A DNA stretch of 64,000 nucleotides from Candidatus Hadarchaeota archaeon (lineage in GTDB: Archaea; Hadarchaeota; Hadarchaeia; Hadarchaeales; JAGGTB01). Both the position numbers and the translations under genes were made by a program. Below are positions 36,901 to 38,428 of the stretch, in pieces. Every line of letters starts with the position of its first letter. Within the stretch, counting starts at the first letter, position 1. The stretch spans positions 15,210 through 79,209 of the forward strand of contig CAZSNS010000001.1 of assembly GCA_964608515.1 (NCBI GenBank). The letters are read 5' to 3'. Under the pieces are notes generated by a model. It saw only the letters and a list, made by a program, of their open reading frames with translations. It did not search any database and was not told the origin of the DNA.

Positions 36901-37665
36901 GTTTTTTGTGTTTCCCTCGTGGATTGTTTCGTCTTGTACGTATCTGAATTTTGGAGGGATTGTGTTTTCGCTAATGTTTTCGTAAACTCCGTTTGGGGTT
37001 TGGGCGTTTTCGTAGTTTGTTGTGCCGGGGTCTCCTAATTGTTTGAGTCCGGTGATTAGGGGGTCGGGTTCTAAACTTACCGGATAATCCGTATTTTCTG
37101 AAATATAATCCGGTACGACTTCGTAATAATTTCCATCGTTAGAATCTAGATAATTTGTACTGGTAAGGTTTTCACCTTTTATTAACCTAGTCTTATTTTC
37201 GTCAAGGTTGTCTGGGTCGGGTCTGATTCCGTTTTCCAAAATTACACTGCCAGTGGCTTCGTTTTCACCGAAGGTATAATTTTCAGGTTTTTCTGGAGGT
37301 TTTACTATTTGTGAGGGGATACCTGTTTTAATTATCCAGTTTTCTTGAATCCATGATACATCTTTTCTCCTCAGTTGTGGGTCTATTAAAATCCTGCCGG
37401 ATCCTTTGGCTCCGGGCACTAAAGGCCCGGTCTTACTGTACATGGGTATGGATGTGCCTACTGATTCTCCTTCGGTCAAGTTTTCGATACTATTTTGTAT
37501 TTGTGTGAAACGTTCGGAAACTTCCTCCATCGTTTCTCCCTCGGATTTGTGAATTTCCGATTCCATGTAATTGGGATACCAAGTTATGAAAAAAAGAATA
37601 GCTATACTTATAGCGACAAGCGCAGCTGTAACAGCTACTTGTCCCCGTTGCCTGGAGAATACCAT
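18922..37665 (-). CDS. Giant (6,247 aa) pilin-like modular surface protein, a putative mega-adhesin
   Basis: A single uninterrupted 18,744-nt frame in AT-rich DNA. N-terminus 'MVFSRQRG|QVAVTAALVAISIAILFF'. Contains 13 LamG/ConA-like domains (motif '..G.IDE[VF].I[FY].R.L[ST]..E'), 2 GEVED, 1 PA14, H-type-lectin-like repeats, and 11 copies of an unnamed ~100-aa module. Confidence 0.95.
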   Translation of the reverse strand: MVFSRQRGQVAVTAALVAISIAILFFITWYPNYMESEIHKSEGETMEEVSERFTQIQNSIENLTEGESVGTSIPMYSKTGPLVPGAKGSGRILIDPQLRRKDVSWIQENWIIKTGIPSQIVKPPEKPENYTFGENEATGSVILENGIRPDPDNLDENKTRLIKGENLTSTNYLDSNDGNYYEVVPDYISENTDYPVSLEPDPLITGLKQLGDPGTTNYENAQTPNGVYENISENTIPPKFRYVQDETIHEGNTKNFPNAQADNNAYENIYEKNYGGIDNLYENKTTIENGTEVPGTTTDYLDTDDGQYYEVDSSFWTENTDYPVSLEPDPLITGLKQLGDPGTTNYENAQTPNGVYENISENTIPPKFRYVQDETIHEGNTKNFPNAQADNNAYENIYEKNYGGIDNLYENKTTIENGTEVPGTTTDYLDTDDGQYYEVDSERVIKSFDNLFFDSLSDWTGEGWDTSITPYKTPGTLKLLGENAQGVWKFEENQGHVAHDNTDWNNDGTILAGDYWWDTQTDWEDGTYLPDIATGLNPGDISLIAENTQGLWKFDEGTGHTAHDNTDYNNHGTILSKPSWNSQSDWLKGSWNTGITPYKNTGSLQLLGENARSIWKFEENQGPTAYDNTDWNNDATIMAGEHEWDNQTEWKNGTYLPDIATGLNPGDISLIAENTQGLWKFDEGTGHTAHDNTDYNNHGTILSKPSWNSQSDWLKGSWNTGITPYKNTGSLQLLGEDGQGIWKFEENQGHIAKDNTNWNNHGTILAGDYLWNTQTEWKNGTYGPDVATGLNPGSISLTAENMQAFWKLDEGSGHTVHDKTDRNNHGPIRSQPQWSSQSDWLEGSWNTGITPYKSSGSISLKGEDLAGFWKFEEINGGTVNDQTSHGNDGSLSLSSTSWDKHSDWESGTFVDTTTTGSSIALDTPMEKLEDVDIDASLYCSSGDGGNDDDWIRRVEFNTINIQSEPGPDTTDGYEDHTDAITSVRRGNSYTITVTIGMSDSWTQYGRVWIDWDHDGSLESEEATDLGSTSSDGGTVSGTITVPNDAVGGPTLMRVSEKYYEYPSSCEDMSWGEVEDYTVYVGERRDADVNASSYCSSGDEGNDDDWIRRVEFNTINWASEPGPDTTDGYEDFTDIVTPVTRGESYNITVTIGLESSWTQYGRVWIDWDQDGSLESGEATDLGSTDTDGGTVSGTITVPNDAVGGPTLMRVSEEFNGYPSSCETMNFGEVEDYTVYVNFHHGTGTHTSEWRDVGARKADWRNLETTTTLGGSGSVSVDVQVDDDGNHSSGVTTETISLDDGKNSYSISNLPNGRYVRLVSDLSTSDTSVSPRVHSLDVNYYPYTDGKCGSAVRSKKNTTFMESGQVNLSTTIDGGTVNTVNLDHNFTDPVVVAFIETRNGGQSIDVRVRNVTSNSFEIFMEEPDDQGHSSEDIGYIVMEEGDHVLSDGTKIEAGHLETSSVHRGGESFGGETVNFSHSFSTAPALLHTVNTYNNGWFTSSVANSLSSNSFQLELEIGESRKTTISENIGWIAFEDIGGKGYANVTDYHVDKHPTDGNNDGVDDSSETFSYSFSSAPDVVIDGYTGTGVDGYWARGAGTYNSSETTYYAEEDQVGDSERGHADTGFSTVAIQQGTSGEINTGDYVDLGSISNWDPDTGTSTISLWFKTPDATPSQQMALFSDYWGPEMGIWLKTDGTLCGYAYDSVCTSSAISADTWHHAALTFDVEDNWAKFYVDGAKVGERNISIGNGLSDTPYYVGADPYGPRYFFNGEIDEVKIFDRALSINEIKSLWSSGTAYYPFEETSGSTVYDNFGNNDGTINGASRESGGSYGRSLSFAGDDYVEVPDDSTLNLSNNLTVEAWIRPTSVSSGEQFIASKYDYSNVEGYSLGLNDSNVLFKVYGDGSRYSVESSTNLSANNWYHVMGVYNGTDLKIYINGQEDSNTSSGPSSITATANPLRIGMPGDSTSSTYGYHGKIDEVGIYARPLTPQETGYMAKDELAHIKNNIWRSKIYDFEKPMEWDDLYINASIGSGETIEARVQSSTDEFSSIAGDTGWFSVNDGSNDISSLTPARYGRVSFRLSTNDTRNTPSLSFFELQCYRSSSWTKGKYDNGLHFTSWNDYVDTGWSNSQGQSYTFSAWFNKKNDGQIVGGNPPQYSGLSLYVDGSNLVFNSNNGNSTGRVSASLGTSNWYHGVGIADVGAGELKLYINGSLEATETGWNGNYASESSIKIGTDDVSYPEWNYTGTIDEVQIFDRALTHSETQKLYNTEFMAMNYEWYETSTYYSNNSHPSTESEFDEFFNDKNNGVTFGGHGSWAREQIRWHDSSWNAKPTYLPADGYAWKAEGHIYAPESGTYTFAIDSDDASDLFIDGTNVANWYGGHGIANDWSHNGTISLSKGYHKIKVRMEEGGGGDGVRIGWQKPSDSSISLMVEDFNDIRNAFHTTNHYDFGRKVEWKQFEWDTTIESGEDVKAKIQVSNDGFSSIQDETGWLNLESETSPYTITQLDNARYVRIKTRLLSNNSTHSPAVHDYRISAYGSFNWEKGKCGTGLFFDGKDDRVNVPDDSSVSFGETGEEMTVSFWVYPKDLSEEVGILQKSSEYLINQEDGGKIWIRTWGGNNGGTSSAVLSEDEWQHVTVTWDVGSGGSIYYNGEKIQDYSNSDTSSETNNPLHIGKSTWGNFNGKIDEVQIFNRELTGSEVKSLWSTGTAYYPFEASSGSTILDNFGNNNGTNNGATRTSAGYYGRSLDFNASGDIVEIPDDTSLDLESYTYSFWIKPQEGPTGSWRQVMIKGDGPTGGGRTPGVWLRPDDMGLHVKHSTASGSQVGPTQTGTVPVGEWTHVIINSTGDSGTISVYLDGTLDSQTNHSADLVTNNQNLHIGNSPDYNGVDAMIDEFQVYPRSLTPSEINSLAHDELAHIKKNVWRSKVYDFENPMDWDNLVINASLNGETIEAKVQSSSDDFSTVDGDTGWFTVSDGVNDISSLTTARYGRVFFKLSTTDSRNTPILNNFELQCYRPNNWVTGYYGEALEFDGRGDYVEVPDSSSLDTDKITMAAWIKTSASGTSNMVMNKEGTYEMAAGTDGISLAINASGCSSWCNGWMFSGEGSINADEWTFVATTWDGDVGKGYINGSHVVTVDPSEGDGNIVNTDRNLGIGARDVDGTPSSFFNGEIDEVNIFERDLTTSEIQKLYENELYTIENGFHITKNYDYEQTVSWNTLEARSTIDSNEDIRAKVQVSDDAFSTIKDETSWLNLTDGTSTKDLSGLSDSRYVRVKSRLLTDSSLHSPVLRNYSLSTYGSHNWTPGKCGVGMEFDGKDDYGALQNSYTYFPDGITVSAWIKTTDPTGIIASYDRSEIFRFGVGSSGTNGKVTWNTDDGSGVDDMSGSIDVDDGEWHHVTATYNPDTSTKKIYVDGTLDSEKSWGGNSLGDGTTRYGFMATGSEASSYDGDRGPHEYFNGKIDEFQIFERPLTQNEVKSLWSTGTAYYPFETSSPTTAYDNYGNNDGAINGATRTSAGYYGSSLNFDGVDDHVKVTEDVLKSGNTATISARVYVDGAGDTSWNRFVDVQDGSNGDTMTLYWDADDDIYGFSTFDGNATVSGEAIPQGEWIHLVGVYDAPNSEARFYLDGDLKATASVSQSFGSEKLSIGDRYDSPGTDPIDGRIDEVKIFNKALSPNEINTLAHDELAHIRKNIWRTKIYDFETPTDWDNLYIEASIDTGETIEARVQTSTDEFVTIKDDTGWMNLSNGSNDISTLPDARYGRVFFRLSTNDSRHTPILNSFELQCHRPNNWTTGKYDNGIFFNGKWDYTRINNSPSLTSINDEITITAWFKRQGSAGGEDASGYHGIVRGINGDGWYPRVLVDSDGSGILFQYRTGGGTESLHATSGVNFGIGEWHQIIIRKDSTGTEIYFDNTLITSDSTMTNTMDTGSSDLLIGSGATPNKHYMTNGVIDEVQLFDRSINRTEISKIYENELYTIKDGSHTTHSHDFGRKVEWKQLEANATIASGENIEAKVQVSNDGFSTIEDETGWITLNDGITTDALSGLSDARYIRINSHLTTDYSTHSPALHYYNIETYGSHNWTTGKIGTGLFFDGKDDYMVKNPVNTFPSNEITASFWMNSSNTSKNGTPISYAVSGSNNEFLIFDYNSFRIYINGSYVDTGVSANDGNWHHITVTWRSSDGSTKLYKDGSLEYSGTLKSGYSLESGGSLVLGQEQDSVEGGFDIGQAFLGKLDDTQIFNRVLTENEIKSLWSTGTIYYPFESGSGSTVHDNFGNNQGTINDGTRIKGGQYGQSLDFDGVDDSVSIPKSTSLDKAVSEAPVTISFWFYIENQNVNWSNYVSWQVKQPDGDTYTIRTETVSDSIKGIYTRWIAEDESNGLNTSDGGFWARNTDMGVNLGEWNHYTGVYDGSEVREYVNGNLEASRTISANLADLNGEITLRGNDIEHTIDEFQIYNAALTPEEIRKISHDELAHIKKNRWKSSPHNFGEKVEWDNLKVTANIPENTSASITLQVSDNSFQTVKDNITKSLTDGTNTYDISSLKDARYIRISELTLSTEDSRDTPTINDITINCHYFRYSLDLYHDSEKISGAQSDIENIKLTLNLKSENRADYTWQIYNWNTPAWENLQTTNINGSEKTFENTITSNPTNYVSNNENLRVRLIGENQKKSFRSQEDYLQYRINYTAFRMDVQHNITEIPKGDNYTLQIEHYIDGDASEIGNLLSEWKMNEGEGTTIYDTADGNDGTINGATWTEGKYNQALEFDGSDDYVEISDTQPYAGSGEEFSISFWIKSSDTSTNNNAFIGNYHSTSGQTPFFMIGFDGSDAWTWLRDAGGTEAKVTTSQSNILDGTWHHIVGVRDQSTNEIKFYVDGKLRATSSDTTDDVSYQDNIYLMDHYESYTQGTLDDVKIYERALTTEEVKQLYGDTINVYIENNSGGWNSIGSLSSTNLENFTYPVDSSHILGDNVRIRYVQEENDFEETNLMVDYSRIKSENIGNYLRWEHRMTGIPDNADAYQIRIKGYSDTGENFGIYVWNNSTNTWEYIDNLPKTDQLVTYPIDNTYFDGENVSIKFDDETGNDLSPENIYIDYSSVRSTYYHYYLDLFHDSEQVSVAPDTIENIKLTLNLKSENQANYTWQIYNWNTPAWENLQTTNINGSEKTFENTIVTNIADYISGNDNIRVRLIGENMTTPFRSQEDYLLYKINYPAYRMDVQHNIGEIPKGDNYTLQIEHYLAGDSENVEVYLENFKSGNWNKTGTLTSNTLENFNQLLDKDYVQNDNVHIRYKQLENDLNETQLLVDYSRIKSENIGNYLRWEHRMTGIPDNADAYQIRIKGYSDTGENFGIYVWNNSTNSWEYIDNLPKTDQLVTSFIDNSYLDGENVSIKFEDLQGNDLSPENIHIDLTTLRTLQYFYNLDVRHDSERIENEQYLVDNIKISLNLKSENKARYTLQIRDYSHSVWENLNSENVSNFEETWKENILTDPENYISSTDNIKIRLLVENNEENFLLMEDYLEFYIEYVVPSLPQGIIESSTFDAGETIDWTKQKWKAKTPENTNMEVYFRTGNDNTPYLENGDLDLDNWSKWIHHKNDFENEHLPDNRYIQYMVRLHGENTAETPSLFWIKINASPIQRWGTIEFQARNVEYPSQTYVYEGGGTFLNQDNTWLIREKPNLIDVKGPYPVLGWSQACDWTSGVFENTVTRNDSLVLKEGNSSGLHETEWINLENVVNWGSLKTDVEIGKNEKITMKIQVSQDGNNVDNSVSITLENGINTYKDNLPAPENHQYVRIVSLLENDNSSHRLKINSYELKYRGTYSKMSWELKEDWEKGYFKNTETSDNLVKLSNGYTSGKYSTSWKTMKWRMGWENLIADVTIDSNEEIKAEIKGASPPETPVSWWTFDDEDAHSDYRDDFWNGNQGQTYGTQRSDEGVINNGENFELGDEFIVPDDDSLDIENNITIAFWAQFDNLSRSVTLARKESAYTLRTLGDELRFELSGKWEDNSNYANLEENRWMFIAVTYDNKYLKFYRDDSEAGTKYRTGKIPTSAGDFMIENFDGLIDEFMIFDEALSQNEIELLYRRTRGADLDDVKDDRIRDRLGDFQLNSGTSKYGIDELDPHKYVQITSDLDSDSGTTSPQIENYHIEAIPLTVVKFNKKIIRGKETWESFTGSVPLNLFTSSKTVNTVRADNFDINIREGIHHSRNQIWAEYLEEVVKDLKDRNYLAEKTDDLGISIEGLRDLKNDVYQYIQTQEINTSIR
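18925..19265 (-). other. Giant protein C-terminal core segment homologous to 44151..44915
   Basis: 'HHSRNQIWAEYLEEVVKDLKDRNYLAEKTDDLGISIEG' versus 'THRKTTEAWENYLEVRKDELTQEGYDVQADGLKLTINS'. Confidence 0.55.
19460..20015 (-). other. LamG13, inserted inside an 'RY[VGI]R'-type module
   Basis: 'PVSWWTFDDEDAHS...GLIDEFMIFDEALSQNEIELLYRR', flanked by the two halves of a module. Confidence 0.7.
20640..20805 (-). other. Giant protein middle core segment homologous to 44151..44915
   Basis: 'WGTIEFQARNVEYPSQTYVYEGGGTFLNQDNTWLIREKPNLI' versus 'YGYLEFAANNFFYSDQTYIYESGAVVVSENNSWMRSSPTLI'. Confidence 0.55.
21130..23970 (-). repeat. C-terminal 313-aa super-repeat: copy 1 interrupted by LamG12, copy 2 complete, copy 3 partial
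   Basis: DNA offset is 939 bp (21602 vs 22541) and 1563 bp (22201 vs 23764). About 150 bp is perfectly identical around 21630-21780 vs 22570-22720. Confidence 0.85.
22906..23525 (-). other. LamG12, inserted inside super-repeat copy 1
   Basis: 'IEHYIDGDASEIG[NLLSEWKMNEGEGTTIYD...GTLDDVKIYERALTTEEVKQLYGDT]INVYIENNSGGW' versus the uninterrupted 'IEHYLAGDSENVEVYLENFKSGNW'. Confidence 0.8.
24265..32770 (-). other. LamG array: LamG1-11 interleaved with ~100-aa 'RY[VGI]R' modules, organised as about 4 super-repeats
   Basis: Recurrent junctions: 'SLWS[ST]GT.YYPFE' (4x), 'HDELAHI[KR][KN]N' (4x), 'K[LI]YENELYTI' (2x). Confidence 0.85.
30385..30870 (-). other. PA14 domain
   Basis: 'YLPADGYAWKAEGHIYAPESGTYTFAIDSDDASDLFIDGTNVANWYGGHG...GYHKIKVRMEEGGGGDGVRIGWQKP'. 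Confidence 0.75.
32780..33590 (-). other. Three H-type-lectin-like beta-sandwich repeats
   Basis: 'NLDHNFTDPVVVAF...VRNVTSNSFEIFMEE', 'VNFSHSFSTAPALLHTV...SLSSNSFQLELE', 'ETFSYSFSSAPDVVIDGY'. Confidence 0.5.
33961..34875 (-). other. Two tandem GEVED domains
   Basis: 'YCSSGD..DDDWIRRVEFNTIN...YGRVWIDWD.DGSLES...GGPTLMRVSE....SSCE.M.[WF]GEVEDYTVYV' occurs twice (about 34425-34875 and 33961-34410). Confidence 0.75.
34900..36310 (-). repeat. Seven ~63-aa Trp-rich units (alternating A/B types, pair period 381 bp)
   Basis: Units start 'G[VLI]WKF[DE]E..G..A.DNTD.NN.GTI'. 35468-35664 is identical to 35849-36045. Confidence 0.85.
36343..37098 (-). repeat. In-frame tandem duplication, period 384 bp (128 aa), 372 bp perfectly identical
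   Basis: 36343-36714 is identical to 36727-37098. Encodes 'NTDYPVSLEPDPLITGLKQLGDPGTTNYENAQ...DDGQYYEVDS' twice. Confidence 0.9.
37366..37665 (-). other. Giant protein aa 1-100: class-III-signal / pilin-like N-terminal module
   Basis: Aligns with the N-terminus of the 44151..44915 protein: RG, a hydrophobic helix, 'YPxY', 'F..IQ..', 'EGE', 'PLV...K.G'. Confidence 0.6.
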
Positions 37666-37849
37666 TTCTTATCAGTTCCTAAAACGCGATATAAACCTTT
37701 AGTACTCATATACATCTTTTGCATTGTAAACCTTTTCTAATTCTTTTTACACTCAAAAACAATTAATTCTTTCAAGACCTGAATGACTTCTGTAAATCTA
37801 TAAAAACTAGACAAGTGGAATTTGCAAGATAAGGGATTAAATAATAGTT

Positions 37850-38311
37850 TTACTCATATTCGGGTCTCATCAAAATATTCTTGTCAGTAATTATAGTATT
37901 AGTAGTGGATTTATATTTCAAAACCAAATGATAATATTTTCTAGGTTCTAGCTCGACTCCATTGTCCGAAGTCCGATAAATTTTTACCTCTTCCGCTCGC
38001 GTAAACTCGTCGTTCGGATCTTGATCGCTCAAAGCCTGATTGTCTTTCCCTAACTTATTATTCGATGTTGTGGGGTTTATAAAAGAAGTTGCGCTGTCTC
38101 TGCCTTCGGTGACAGAGATTCTCAACTCTTTCCAAACAAGATCGTCTCCTCCATTGTGGGCCATTTTAATCGCTTTTCCCTCTGACGTAAGTTGAATATC
38201 GGCTCGAGGTCTAGTATTAAAAATAAAAATTCCACCTATGAGAATGATACCCAAGACCAGTCCCATAAGTAAAATCAGTGCTTTATTTCCTTCCAAGAAC
38301 AATATTTTCAC
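37850..38311 (-). CDS. Pilin-like small exported protein (DUF1628-core-like)
   Basis: 153 aa. N-terminal hydrophobic helix 'ALILLMGLVLGIILIGGIFIF', 'MAHNGGDDLVWKELRISV' core motif as in the pilins. Directly upstream of the giant gene. Confidence 0.55.
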   Translation of the reverse strand: MKILFLEGNKALILLMGLVLGIILIGGIFIFNTRPRADIQLTSEGKAIKMAHNGGDDLVWKELRISVTEGRDSATSFINPTTSNNKLGKDNQALSDQDPNDEFTRAEEVKIYRTSDNGVELEPRKYYHLVLKYKSTTNTIITDKNILMRPEYE

Positions 38312-38428
38312 CTCTCTTAAACATAATTTTTAAATTATCAGCTTATTTACCGTCCTTCAATGATACCTGCTCTTTTTCTGTTAAGTTTTTGTAAAAGTCG
38401 TCCAACAAATACATATTCTCCAGATTTT

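Noticed and set aside
21130-37098. Regularly spaced identical DNA repeats (384, 381 and 939 bp periods), considered as a possible CRISPR array, minisatellite or mobile-element terminus.
   Set aside because: All are in-frame within one continuous ORF and the periods are multiples of 3. No short unique spacers or cas genes are present, so these are coding domain repeats.
18922-37665. The possibility that the 18.7-kb ORF is an assembly artefact or a fusion of several genes.
   Set aside because: There is no stop in 6,247 codons of AT-rich DNA. Most repeat copies are diverged, and the unique N- and C-terminal pieces match one small paralogue in order. The perfect repeats (36343-37098, 35468-36045, 21630-22720) still deserve long-read confirmation of copy number.
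18922-37665. Similarity to giant multi-enzyme surface proteins (protease or nuclease-containing giants reported from some small-celled halophilic archaea).
   Set aside because: I found no protease, nuclease or other catalytic motifs, only lectin, adhesion and repeat modules. No such equivalence is claimed.
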